33,142 nt of DNA from a virus (IMGVR_UViG_3300030330_004871:1-33142); one strand, 5' to 3'; shown: positions 10,594-19,985, counted from the stretch's first letter. Notes: generated from the sequence alone by a model not told the origin. Numbers and translations are program-made.

Positions 10594-12165
10594 ATGGATC
10601 TACTTGACAAAACCCTGGAGGAGTTTATAGAACTCTTCCAGGGCTCATCTACATATTTTGGTGTTTCCAAACCCACGGGTAAGAAAAACTCAAAAGGTAA
10701 GGCAGAATTCAAACATTGGGTTGAACCTACTCCAATGACAAAGGATCATTGGGTGCAACATTTAAAAGGAGAAACTTATTATGGATCTGTCCCTATCAGA
10801 GATGATAATACATGCAGTTGGGGGGTCATCGATGTTGATCGTTATAATATACAGCATAAAGAAATTATATCGATTATACGGAAAAGAAAATACCCACTCG
10901 TACCATTCAGGTCAAAATCGAACGGACTCCATTTAATTTTATTTATTGAAGGTGTAGTTCCTGCATCTGCAATGAGAAAAAAATTAATAGAGTTAGCGTC
11001 AGATTTAGGTATTAACGATACTACAACAGATATTTTTCCTGCTCAAGATGAAGTGGATCTTTCACCAGAAAACTGGGATGATAAGAGAAAAGGTAATTTT
11101 GTAAATCTACCATATCAAAAAGCCCATATGACAACAAGAGTTGCTATGGACGATGAATGCAACTCAATAAAATTAGAAAATTTATATTCGTTTATATTAC
11201 AATACAGATTAAAAGTAACAGAATTTAAAAAATTAAAAATATTTCAAGATAATGAAACAAAAGATTATCCACCTTGTGTAGTAAACTTTATGAAAAATAA
11301 AGTTAAAAAAGGTGAGGGTCGTAATGATGCAATGTTCAATGTTGCCGTACTTGCAAAAAAAATTAATCCTGATCCTGTTATGTATCAAGATTGGACTAGA
11401 GATATGATGATTAAAGTTTGCGAGGAAAGATTACATCCTAAAGAATTAGAAAACATATTTAAAGGCGTTGAAAACAAAGAGTATGCTTATAAATGTAAAA
11501 CATCTATAGCAAGAATGCATTGTGTATCTACAGAGTGTGTAAAAAGAAAATTAGGTATAGGAGCAAATGAAGCTTTACCTGAGGTAGGTAAATTAATCAA
11601 AGTAAATTCTTATCCAGAACCATATTGGATTCTGCCTATTCAAGGTAAATCTATAAGACTATCTACAAAACAATTATATCAGCAGCAACTTTTAGGAGAA
11701 CAGTTATTAAATTATGATATTGTGTGGCGACCTCTAAAGCCCACAAAGAGAGATCCAGATCCATACAGAGATTGGCTTGAGGAACTTGTTTCAAATAAAC
11801 AAGACATGGAGGGATTTGACTCTGTGGAAGAATTAGGAGATGTATTTAATTCAAGGATGGCAAGATTTTTAGAAGATGTTGAGGATACTACAGAATTTGA
11901 TCAAATAGATTCAGGTAATATATGGCGAGACGAAACAGAAATGAGATTTAAGTTAGAAACCTTTAAATCTTTTATGAAAAAAATGGGTTATAATTGGAAT
12001 GAAAAAGAGTGTACTAAATTTTTAGAAACAGGAGGTGCAAAGCCAAAGTCTAAGTTTAAAGCTATACAAACTAGACATTGGGTTGTAGCATTACCAAAAC
12101 AGAGTGAACACAAAAACAAAAATGTCAAATTCGTTAAAGCAAAGGCTGCGTGGGAAGACAATTAA
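10594..12165 (+). CDS. Archaeo-eukaryotic-type primase (AEP/PrimPol) with PriCT-like domain
   Basis: AEP motifs IDVD, SKSNGLHL and GNFVNLPY; PriCT-like GEGRNDAMF; Cys cluster. Confidence 0.8.
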   Translation: MDLLDKTLEEFIELFQGSSTYFGVSKPTGKKNSKGKAEFKHWVEPTPMTKDHWVQHLKGETYYGSVPIRDDNTCSWGVIDVDRYNIQHKEIISIIRKRKYPLVPFRSKSNGLHLILFIEGVVPASAMRKKLIELASDLGINDTTTDIFPAQDEVDLSPENWDDKRKGNFVNLPYQKAHMTTRVAMDDECNSIKLENLYSFILQYRLKVTEFKKLKIFQDNETKDYPPCVVNFMKNKVKKGEGRNDAMFNVAVLAKKINPDPVMYQDWTRDMMIKVCEERLHPKELENIFKGVENKEYAYKCKTSIARMHCVSTECVKRKLGIGANEALPEVGKLIKVNSYPEPYWILPIQGKSIRLSTKQLYQQQLLGEQLLNYDIVWRPLKPTKRDPDPYRDWLEELVSNKQDMEGFDSVEELGDVFNSRMARFLEDVEDTTEFDQIDSGNIWRDETEMRFKLETFKSFMKKMGYNWNEKECTKFLETGGAKPKSKFKAIQTRHWVVALPKQSEHKNKNVKFVKAKAAWEDN

Positions 12166-13732
12166 AATCTTTGGACCACCAGGAACTGGAAAGACTGAAA
12201 ATTTACTCAAGAGAGTTGAGCGCTATCTCAAAAAAGGACACTCTCCAGATGAAATCTGTTACATATCATTTACCAACAAAGCAGTTAATGAATGTGTTTC
12301 AAGGGTCAGAAAAAGATTTAAAGGTTACGATGAAGACGATTTTAGATATTTCAGAACCTTGCATTCTCTGGCAAGACAACAGTTTGCTGAGATTCCCGTT
12401 TTAGATCCAAAAGCTGATATGCTTATGTTTCATACACAATACGGGACAATAAAGGTAAATTATAAAGAGGGTCACGATGAACAAAAAGTTTTTAATAATT
12501 GGTCATTACAAATCTATGATAGGGCAAGAAATATGAAAGTAGATCCTGTGTGGCTTTACAAACAGCAATCTAGAAAAGCTGTAAGGTTGCAGCAGTTTAA
12601 ATCTATTATTAATGGTTACGAAGAATTTAAAACAATGGAAATGGAGAACGGACAACGGACACCAGATAGATTAGACTTTACAGATATGGTGCAAAAATTT
12701 ATTGATGAGGGAGTATCAATACCCTTTAAAGTATTAATGGTAGATGAAGCACAAGATCTAACTCCCCTGCAATGGGACTTGGTTGTAAAATTAGCTAAAG
12801 CAGTAAATAGAGTTTATATAGCAGGTGATGATGATCAAGCCATTTATGAATGGAATGGAGCTGAAGTTGAATTTTTTCAAAATTTTCCTGGTAGATCTTT
12901 AGTTTTAAAAAAATCTGTTAGATTAAATAAAAACATACATCACTTTTCATCTTGTTTATTGTATTCAATGGGTGAAAATAGAATAGAAAAAGAATTTTAT
13001 TCTAATGGTAAGGAGGGTGCAATCTATCGTTGGAATGGATTAAAAAAAGTGCCTTGGGATTTAGAGGGTGATTGGATGATTCTTGCTAGAATAAATGATG
13101 TAAAAAGGGAACTTCAGGAGGAGGCAAAAAATCTTGGTCTTTACTATCAAGATCAGAAAAATAATAAATCTTTTGACCCAAATCAATTTGCTGCAATAGA
13201 GTATTGGAAAAAAATATGTCAAGGCGGTTCCATAACTAGAGAGGAAGCATGTATAATGTATGAATTTTTATTAAACATTGACCACGGATACCGGTCATCA
13301 GATAGCAAAAAATGGTCTTTTGCTCACGCAAATCAGGTATTTAATTTTGATGAATTACATCTCAGATGTGGTATGAGAGATGAAAGGGCACCTTGGGAGG
13401 AAGTGTTTAAAAGAAAATTTAAAGATAAAGATAAAAAATATTTAAAAAAACTTATGAGTGAAGGTGTAGATTTATCACAACCACCAAAAATTATAATAGA
13501 TACTATTCATCAAGTGAAAGGTGGAGAGGCAGACAATGTTATTTTAGCTAGTAAATGTAATTTTCCATCACATTTTGATAAGAAAAATCTATCTGAAAAA
13601 GTAAAAGAGCTTCGAGTATGGTATACGGGAGCCACGAGATCGAAGCAAACTTTACACTTGCTTGGAACTAATCATCAATATAATTTTCCATTAGGTAAAT
13701 ATTTTAAATTATATGAGGCCAACTATGTTTAG
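12122..13732 (+). CDS. UvrD/Rep-like SF1 helicase
   Basis: GPPGTGKT, SFTNKA, TLHS, VDEAQD, GDDDQAIY, TIHQVKGGEAD and YTGATR. Confidence 0.92.
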   Translation: MSNSLKQRLRGKTIKIFGPPGTGKTENLLKRVERYLKKGHSPDEICYISFTNKAVNECVSRVRKRFKGYDEDDFRYFRTLHSLARQQFAEIPVLDPKADMLMFHTQYGTIKVNYKEGHDEQKVFNNWSLQIYDRARNMKVDPVWLYKQQSRKAVRLQQFKSIINGYEEFKTMEMENGQRTPDRLDFTDMVQKFIDEGVSIPFKVLMVDEAQDLTPLQWDLVVKLAKAVNRVYIAGDDDQAIYEWNGAEVEFFQNFPGRSLVLKKSVRLNKNIHHFSSCLLYSMGENRIEKEFYSNGKEGAIYRWNGLKKVPWDLEGDWMILARINDVKRELQEEAKNLGLYYQDQKNNKSFDPNQFAAIEYWKKICQGGSITREEACIMYEFLLNIDHGYRSSDSKKWSFAHANQVFNFDELHLRCGMRDERAPWEEVFKRKFKDKDKKYLKKLMSEGVDLSQPPKIIIDTIHQVKGGEADNVILASKCNFPSHFDKKNLSEKVKELRVWYTGATRSKQTLHLLGTNHQYNFPLGKYFKLYEANYV

Positions 13733-13928
13733 AAGATTAATTATTGAGGCGCTAACAGATAGATATAATGCACAGATATCTGAGGCTGAAGCTACATTAA
13801 AAATTTATTTAGAAAAGCCTGTAGCAATAGGTGAACATCCACAACATATTGATGAGGCAGATAAATTAGTAGAAAAAATTGCACAAGCAGAAGAAAAATT
13901 ACAAATATTACAAGAGTTTAAATTATGA
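13725..13928 (+). CDS. Small conserved phage coiled-coil protein
   Basis: MFRRLIIEAL...VAIGEHPQH; overlaps both neighbouring genes. Confidence 0.7.
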   Translation: MFRRLIIEALTDRYNAQISEAEATLKIYLEKPVAIGEHPQHIDEADKLVEKIAQAEEKLQILQEFKL

Positions 13929-14170
13929 CAAATAAAGATATGTTTGATGAGGCATTTCCACAAGACAAACAAATTGGAGGATCTCATTACAAACATTTTC
14001 ATATACAGCCTTATGAATTTATATCTAAGAATGAACTTTCGTTCTTTCAGGGTAATGTCATAAAGTACGTTTGTAGGTATCGTTTTAAAAATGGTGTTGA
14101 AGATTTAGAAAAAATTAAACATTATTGTGATTTAGAAATTTTAAAATTAAAAAGTAAAAAATCTGAATGA
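13925..14170 (+). CDS. DUF3310 / T7 gp1.7-like protein
   Basis: QIGGSHY...IQP..FI...F.QGNVIKYV.RY..KNG.EDLEK signature. Confidence 0.85.
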   Translation: MTNKDMFDEAFPQDKQIGGSHYKHFHIQPYEFISKNELSFFQGNVIKYVCRYRFKNGVEDLEKIKHYCDLEILKLKSKKSE

Positions 14171-14253
14171 TTAATTATTTGAGTTTTTTATTAATTATGT
14201 TAATTATATTTGGTGCAATAACTTTATTATTAGTGTTTTGGAATAATGAGTAA
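14167..14253 (+). CDS. 28-aa single-TM micro-protein (not in ORF track)
   Basis: MINYLSFLLIMLIIFGAITLLLVFWNNE*; ATGA overlap with DUF3310 and overlap with the next start fill the gap exactly. Confidence 0.6.
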   Translation: MINYLSFLLIMLIIFGAITLLLVFWNNE

Positions 14254-14893
14254 TTTATTATCAAGGTTTCATTTTTTTGGTCCACTACTTTATCATGTTA
14301 AACTAGATTTAAGTCACATTGAAAAGATAAAAGCTATGTGTTTAAAAGATAAAAATAAATTTTATAGAAACAATTTAGCAGGTCATATTAAAGATGAATA
14401 TAGAATAGATCATGTAAATTTACAAATTTTGTTACAAGAAGCGATAGATGATTTTAGAAAAAGTTTTACGGCTTTTTACAAAATAGAAGCTCCAGAAATC
14501 TACATTTACAACGCTTGGGTAAATTTTATGAAACCTGGTGATTTTAATCCTCCACATACACATGCTGGAGATTTTTCAAGCGTACTCTTTATAAGTATGC
14601 CACAAGAATTATTAGATGAAAATAAGGAACACAATTCTCAACACATAAATAGTGCAGGTCCTGGATCTATAAGTTTTTTCGCAGGTGTAGGTGGCGGCAT
14701 GTCTAATTGGAGACAAGACTTTACACCAGATGCAGGAGAATTATTTATGTTTCCTGCAGATTTAATGCATATGGTTTATCCTTACAAAAGTAATGTTGAA
14801 AGAGTTACAGTTGCGTTTAACATGAGGATTGAGGATGAACAAGGATATCGTAATAAAATTTTGAGGGATAAAAAAACACGAGATGAAAGATGA
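14246..14893 (+). CDS. 2OG-Fe(II) oxygenase superfamily protein
   Basis: WVN...GDFNPPHTH...SSVLF, MFPADLMHMV.PY and RVTVAFN. Confidence 0.85.
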   Translation: MSNLLSRFHFFGPLLYHVKLDLSHIEKIKAMCLKDKNKFYRNNLAGHIKDEYRIDHVNLQILLQEAIDDFRKSFTAFYKIEAPEIYIYNAWVNFMKPGDFNPPHTHAGDFSSVLFISMPQELLDENKEHNSQHINSAGPGSISFFAGVGGGMSNWRQDFTPDAGELFMFPADLMHMVYPYKSNVERVTVAFNMRIEDEQGYRNKILRDKKTRDER

Positions 14894-15009
14894 TAAAGAT
14901 AATTATTATGCTTGGTATTGTTATGATCCTGACTTCGTGCGTAAAAGATTTCGATTTAAACCCGGCTACTACTATCGTAAGATATATCATAAATGACTCA
15001 TCAACTTAA
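14890..15009 (+). CDS. 39-aa lipoprotein (not in ORF track)
   Basis: MIKIIIMLGIVMILTSC-VKDFDLNPATTIVRYIINDSST*: signal peptide II with LTSC lipobox; ATGA overlap with the upstream gene. Confidence 0.7.
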   Translation: MIKIIIMLGIVMILTSCVKDFDLNPATTIVRYIINDSST

Positions 15010-16861
15010 TTTTATTTACAATGATAGTGATTGGGTTTGTCCAAGTGAGTATCCTGACTTAAGCGGTGCAAAAGAAATTGCAATTGATTTAGAAACAAAA
15101 GATACAAATATAAAATCTAAGGGTTCCGGTTGGGCAACTTTTGACGGAGCTATTATAGGCTTTGCTGTAGCTGCATTAGGTCAACAATGGTATTTTCCAA
15201 TACAACATGATGCAGGAGGTAATATGGATTTAGGTATTACAACCGCTTGGATGCAAAGTGTACTAAGAACTCCAGCCACAAAAATATTTCATAATGCGAG
15301 TTATGATGTTGGTTGGTTATTAGTAAATGGTTTTGAAATCAATGGTCCTATTGTTGATACTATGATCGCAGCTGCTTTGATAAATGAAAATAGATACAGT
15401 TTTAGTTTGAATGCTTGTGCTAAAGATTATTTAGGTGAAATTAAAAACGAAACATTTTTAAATGAAAAAGCTAAAGAGTGGGGTATAGATGCAAAAGCTG
15501 ACTTATGGAAGTTACCTGCAGGTTATGTAGGATTTTATGCTGAGCAAGATGCAGGTTTGACCTTACGTCTTTGGGAGAGATTAAAATCAGAGATAAGTAA
15601 ACAAAGTTTAAATGATGTTTGGGAAATGGAAATGGAGCTGTTGCCTATATTAATAGAGACAAGAAGGCGAGGTATAAGGGTAGATGAGACTAAGGCAGAA
15701 AAGTTAAAAAAAGAATTTAAAGAAAAAGAATTTCATGTATTAAAAAAAATTAAAGATGAGACTACGATTAAGCCTGACATATGGGCTGCAAGATCCGTAG
15801 CACAAGTGTTTGATAGAATAGGTGTTGAATACCCACGGACACCGAAAACTGGAGAACCAAGCTTTACCCAAAACTGGTTAGTGAATTGTAATAACCCGAT
15901 AGCGCAACTAATAAGAGAAGCAAGAGAAATAAATAAATTCCATTCAACATTCATAGACTCCATTCAAAGATATGTTCATAAAGGTAAAATACATTCAGAA
16001 ATAAATCAACTAAGATCTGATCAAGGTGGAACCGTATCTGGAAGATTATCTTACTCTAATCCAAATTTACAACAAATTCCTGCACGTAATAAAGAATATG
16101 GTAATAAAATTAGAAGTTTATTTTTACCTGAAGAAGGTAAACAATGGGGCAGTTTTGATTATAGCCAACAAGAACCTAGATTGGTTGCTCATTATGCAGC
16201 CAGTATAAATGAAGATTTTACAGGCGCTGATGATTTTATAGAAGCTTATAAAAACGAAGAAGCTGATTTTCATCAAATAGTAGCAGATATGGCAGGAATT
16301 AGTCGTACACAAGCTAAAACGATCAATTTGGGTCTATTTTATGGCATGGGTAAGGCTAAACTAGGAAAAGAATTAGGTATTTCTAAGGATAGTGCAGAAA
16401 ATTTATTAATTAAGTACCACTCCAGGGTACCTTTTGTTAAAAAATTAGCAGAAGCAGTAACTAATAGTGCTTCTAAATATGGTTTTATTAGAACAATAAG
16501 GGGTCGTAAATGCCGATTTGACATGTGGGAACCTGCTACGTTTGGAATGAATAAAGCAATGCAATATGAGGAGGCTAAAGCCATTTATGGTAATAACATC
16601 AGGAGGGCTTTTACTTACAAAGCATTAAATAGGTTGATTCAAGGTTCAGCAGCAGATCAAACAAAACAAGCTATGATAAATTGTTACAAGCAAGGGTTTA
16701 AACCAATTTTACAAATTCATGACGAATTATGCTTTTCAATAAATAATGAAAATGATATTAAGGGTGTTAAGGAGGTTATGGAGAATGCTATTGAAAATCT
16801 TAAAGTCCCTTTTAAGGTTGATGTGGCCCTTGGAAAAAGTTGGGGTGAAGCGAAAGAGTAG
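14993..16861 (+). CDS. polA: Family A DNA polymerase with 3'-5' exonuclease
   Basis: Exo motifs DLET, HNASYD and YAEQD; SGRLS..PNLQQIP; motif A DYSQQEPR, motif B RTQAKTINLGLFYG and motif C IHDEL. Confidence 0.96.
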   Translation: MTHQLNFIYNDSDWVCPSEYPDLSGAKEIAIDLETKDTNIKSKGSGWATFDGAIIGFAVAALGQQWYFPIQHDAGGNMDLGITTAWMQSVLRTPATKIFHNASYDVGWLLVNGFEINGPIVDTMIAAALINENRYSFSLNACAKDYLGEIKNETFLNEKAKEWGIDAKADLWKLPAGYVGFYAEQDAGLTLRLWERLKSEISKQSLNDVWEMEMELLPILIETRRRGIRVDETKAEKLKKEFKEKEFHVLKKIKDETTIKPDIWAARSVAQVFDRIGVEYPRTPKTGEPSFTQNWLVNCNNPIAQLIREAREINKFHSTFIDSIQRYVHKGKIHSEINQLRSDQGGTVSGRLSYSNPNLQQIPARNKEYGNKIRSLFLPEEGKQWGSFDYSQQEPRLVAHYAASINEDFTGADDFIEAYKNEEADFHQIVADMAGISRTQAKTINLGLFYGMGKAKLGKELGISKDSAENLLIKYHSRVPFVKKLAEAVTNSASKYGFIRTIRGRKCRFDMWEPATFGMNKAMQYEEAKAIYGNNIRRAFTYKALNRLIQGSAADQTKQAMINCYKQGFKPILQIHDELCFSINNENDIKGVKEVMENAIENLKVPFKVDVALGKSWGEAKE

Positions 16862-16925
16862 AAAAATTTTAGAGGGATATTATTACGATGGTAAACGTTT
16901 ACATACTTTATATAAAAAAAGATAA
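16845..16925 (+). CDS. 26-aa basic micro-protein (not in ORF track)
   Basis: GTG start: MKRKSRKILEGYYYDGKRLHTLYKKR*; bridges polA and the next gene. Confidence 0.45.
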   Translation: MKRKSRKILEGYYYDGKRLHTLYKKR

Positions 16926-16927
16926 TA

Positions 16928-17455
16928 ATGAATGATATATTGATTTATGATGATATTATAAATCAAGACTCATTAGAAAATATTAATAATTTATTAGTAG
17001 AGGGATTTCCTTGGTTTTTTACAGAAACAACAGCTGAAAATCAATTTGACTTTAAAGACACGTTTGAACATTTTCAATTTGTTCATTTGTTTATCAAAGA
17101 AAAAGAAATAAATTCTGCATATATAAATTTTTTAGAAAAAATTGTAGATGATTTGCCATTTAAATTAGAAAATATAATAAGAGCCAAAGCAAATTTTTTA
17201 CCACAAGTAATGCATGATGAAGATAAATTTAATAATCCACACGTTGACTCTTTTATTAAACATAAAGTTTGCATTGTTTATTTAAATGACTCAGATGGAG
17301 ACACTTTTATTTTTGATAATTTTAAAAATATAATTAAACGAGTTACACCTAAAAAGGGTAGAGTATTAATAATGAATGGAAACTTAATACATACAAGCTC
17401 TCATCCTATTAAAAGTAAATTTAGAATTATTTTAAATATAAATTTTGAAAATTAA
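16928..17455 (+). CDS. 2OG-Fe(II) oxygenase superfamily protein
   Basis: FPWF, NPHVD (HxD), VYLNDSDGDT, PKKGR....G...H and RIILNINF. Confidence 0.85.
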   Translation: MNDILIYDDIINQDSLENINNLLVEGFPWFFTETTAENQFDFKDTFEHFQFVHLFIKEKEINSAYINFLEKIVDDLPFKLENIIRAKANFLPQVMHDEDKFNNPHVDSFIKHKVCIVYLNDSDGDTFIFDNFKNIIKRVTPKKGRVLIMNGNLIHTSSHPIKSKFRIILNINFEN

Positions 17456-17515
17456 ATTTTTGGAAAATTTAGAGCGCACGAGTCTTAGGAATAAAGTTAG
17501 TTTTTTTTTAAAAGC

Positions 17516-17704
17516 TTAACCTGCTTCTTTTAAAAGATCAGTTTTAGCTAAATCAACGTCATATTCATTGATTTTGATCTTTACATCTTTTATTTTAATG
17601 TCGAGCCACTTCATGTCTGGTGTAACATTACCCTGCTTTAATGCTTGGGATGCCCACTTGGACTCCAACTGAAGTTTCTTCGCCACTAGTTCCTGTAGAG
17701 ACAT
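17516..17704 (-). CDS. Hypothetical coiled-coil protein
   Basis: 62 aa; GAGGAGG RBS upstream on the minus strand. Confidence 0.7.
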   Translation of the reverse strand: MSLQELVAKKLQLESKWASQALKQGNVTPDMKWLDIKIKDVKIKINEYDVDLAKTDLLKEAG

Positions 17705-17894
17705 TTCTATCTACCTCCTCAAAGGTTATAAAAAGAAAATTTGGATCATGAAATCCAGCACCTTCTTTTTCGTTATAATCTCTTGAGTCAACCTTCTTTA
17801 CAAAACCCTCAAGAGCAGCTGTATCGTTCTTAGCCTCAAGCGTCTCATCAATATATATATTTTTATAGTTTGCTTGGACGCGATATAGCTTCAT
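17628..17894 (-). CDS. Hypothetical protein (probably leaderless mRNA)
   Basis: 88 aa; ATG lies 5 nt downstream of a TATAAT box. Confidence 0.65.
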   Translation of the reverse strand: MKLYRVQANYKNIYIDETLEAKNDTAALEGFVKKVDSRDYNEKEGAGFHDPNFLFITFEEVDRNVSTGTSGEETSVGVQVGIPSIKAG

Positions 17895-17899
17895 GCATC

Positions 17900-17929
17900 A
17901 TTATATAACAAAATGTGATATAAATGCAA
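17900..17929 (-). promoter_or_regulatory. Sigma70-type promoter
   Basis: TTGCAT-18 bp-TATAAT, with TATCACAT in the spacer. Confidence 0.65.
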
Positions 17930-18151
17930 CTATGCGGGGGTATTTGGGTCGATTTCTTTACATTCAAATTTAATGGCTATTTTGTTAGCGTTTACTACAT
18001 CTGGATCAAGTGAATTTATTAATTCAGCAGCTTTTTTGTAACCTTCTTGTGAACATTGTAGCCAAGTATCGTGTAAACCATCAGGGTACATCATTCCTGG
18101 ACAGCTTTGAGTTAAAAAACTACACATGTGTAAAATTAATAAATACTTCAT
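17930..18151 (-). CDS. Small Cys-containing hypothetical protein
   Basis: 73 aa with a hydrophobic N-terminus and C-x6-C...C...C; AGGA RBS. Confidence 0.65.
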   Translation of the reverse strand: MKYLLILHMCSFLTQSCPGMMYPDGLHDTWLQCSQEGYKKAAELINSLDPDVVNANKIAIKFECKEIDPNTPA

Positions 18152-18181
18152 TTTCCTATATTATCCTATTTTATTATTTAC

Positions 18182-18209
18182 TTGCATATCCCATTAAAAT
18201 GTATATAAA
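18182..18209 (+). promoter_or_regulatory. Sigma70-type promoter in divergent region
   Basis: TTGCAT-16 bp-TATAAA, with ATCCCAT in the spacer. Confidence 0.5.
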
Positions 18210-18248
18210 AGTTTTATGTTTTTAAAATTAATTAACAAAGAGGTTATC

Positions 18249-18542
18249 ATGAAAAACATAAAAGAAATAGCTGTAATGACAGCTGCTGAAAAGTTAGGCG
18301 AGGCCTTAGTTTTAAACCCTGATTGGGAAGTTAAACCTAAGAGCGTAGTCATGACTCATGTCTTTTCAGTTGAATTTAATGAGTCAACAAAAGAATTGCA
18401 GTTAAGTGTAAATGGAGATGTTTACAAAACTGTAAGAGCAAGAGATATCATGAGTGGAAAAATAAAATTCCACGCAGGTCTTAGCGCTGTAATAGATAAA
18501 TTTAATTTATGGAGTTATGATGAGCCAAAGTCCAATAATTAA
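18249..18542 (+). CDS. Hypothetical protein
   Basis: ACAAAGAGG RBS before ATG 18249. Confidence 0.7.
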   Translation: MKNIKEIAVMTAAEKLGEALVLNPDWEVKPKSVVMTHVFSVEFNESTKELQLSVNGDVYKTVRARDIMSGKIKFHAGLSAVIDKFNLWSYDEPKSNN

Positions 18543-18798
18543 AACTAAATCTGATTCACCTGTTTTTAATAGTTGGATTAGTAGAGTTGATCAAATACTT
18601 AGTCAAGTACCTGCCATATCAGCAAACTTTCATATGCCATTAGAATATGGTGATGATGAATACCAAGCTGCTATGAAGAAGTTACAGCAGTGTGCAATGT
18701 ATTTTGAGAACATGCCTATCTATCCAATTAATGAATCGATGGCATCTAAATTAGTAGACGACCAACTACAGGCAATAAATGACAAACCTGATTATTAA
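18517..18798 (+). CDS. Hypothetical protein
   Basis: 93 aa; GGAG RBS. Confidence 0.7.
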   Translation: MMSQSPIIKTKSDSPVFNSWISRVDQILSQVPAISANFHMPLEYGDDEYQAAMKKLQQCAMYFENMPIYPINESMASKLVDDQLQAINDKPDY

Positions 18799-18886
18799 GA
18801 CAATTTTTTGTTTAATATTATTTTTGTTACCAGCAAAAGTAATTTTGTTAATTATTGCTGCGTTAGGTTACACAATATTGTTCTAA
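18779..18886 (+). CDS. 35-aa hydrophobic hairpin membrane protein (not in ORF track)
   Basis: MTNLIIKTIFCLILFLLPAKVILLIIAALGYTILF*. Confidence 0.6.
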   Translation: MTNLIIKTIFCLILFLLPAKVILLIIAALGYTILF

Positions 18887-18901
18887 CTAAAGGAGGAAAA
18901 G

Positions 18902-19684
18902 ATGGACAATTTAGTAAAAAATAAATACTTTGAGACAACTGATTACACAAAGTTTAAAAAAGCTAGGGGTAATAGACCGGTTGATCAAGGACACGTATCT
19001 CAATTAAAAAAATTAATTGCAGAAAAAGATCTTAAAGATCCAATACGTGTAAATAAAAACATGGAAGTAATAGATGGACAGCACACGTTACAAGCTAGAA
19101 AAGAACTAGACTTGGTTGTGCCTTACATTATTATTCCTTCTGACGATCCACTTGATGTTGCAAGACTCAACACGGGCAGAAGGAATTGGTCCATGGAAGC
19201 ATACCTAAGTCATCATTGTTCTAGAAACAGATTTGACTATAAAGTCTGTAAACAAAAAATGGATCAATATGGTATCAATGTTGCAGAAGCGATTGTTTTA
19301 TTATTAAAACAATGTTCACTATGGAATAGAATATCCACTGATTTTAAAACAGGACAATTTAAAATTCCTGCAGGTGGTATAGCTAATTGTGATAGGATTG
19401 GGTCAGCTCTTAACCAGCTTAAAAAATATTTTTTAGGTATGGATGATACAAAGAGACGACTTAAAAGATCTATGGTTATGGCTTACATTATAGCCGATAG
19501 ATGCCCAGATTTTGATTTAAAAAGATTTAGGGAGGCCTGTAAAAGTAAATCATCGTGGTTTTTATCGGGAACTAGCACTAAAGATTACATAATGATTATA
19601 GAAAAAATCTATAATAGTGGTCGTAGTAAACATAAAATAAAACTACTTGATTTTTTTGAGTCAAAAGAATATCAAGATCATTAG
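18902..19684 (+). CDS. ParB/Srx-like N-terminal domain protein
   Basis: GNRPV...HV..L...I, PIRVN...EVIDGQHT; AGGAGG RBS. Confidence 0.75.
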   Translation: MDNLVKNKYFETTDYTKFKKARGNRPVDQGHVSQLKKLIAEKDLKDPIRVNKNMEVIDGQHTLQARKELDLVVPYIIIPSDDPLDVARLNTGRRNWSMEAYLSHHCSRNRFDYKVCKQKMDQYGINVAEAIVLLLKQCSLWNRISTDFKTGQFKIPAGGIANCDRIGSALNQLKKYFLGMDDTKRRLKRSMVMAYIIADRCPDFDLKRFREACKSKSSWFLSGTSTKDYIMIIEKIYNSGRSKHKIKLLDFFESKEYQDH

Positions 19685-19693
19685 GAGAATATC

Positions 19694-19915
19694 ATGAACA
19701 TCAATAAATGGAAGTCATGCGCAGTTGATATCAATACTTATTGTATTATTAGAGCAATGGGAGATCAGGGATTTAGAAGACCTGGATCAATGATTGCCAA
19801 GATAGTTGATGATGAGGTTAGGAAGATAGCTAAAAAAGAGGGGAAAAGCTATCAAACGATGAAGGAGAATTTACTATCACAGGGTAAGAAGTTACTCAAC
19901 GGGAGTGGTAAATAA
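19694..19915 (+). CDS. Putative ribbon-helix-helix DNA-binding protein
   Basis: KWKSCAVD (strand), INTYCIIRAMG (helix), R, PGSMIAKIVDDEV (helix); AGGAG RBS. Confidence 0.55.
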   Translation: MNINKWKSCAVDINTYCIIRAMGDQGFRRPGSMIAKIVDDEVRKIAKKEGKSYQTMKENLLSQGKKLLNGSGK

Positions 19916-19953
19916 ACCCGCAAGTTGGATGGTTAACCTTGAACTTGGGGTTG

Positions 19954-19984
19954 AAAAAGGGCCGGGAGATCTGGCCCTTTTTTT
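19954..19984 (+). terminator. Intrinsic terminator (probably bidirectional)
   Basis: AAAAA-GGGCCGG-gagat-CTGGCCC-TTTTTTT. Confidence 0.85.
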
Positions 19985-19985
19985 G

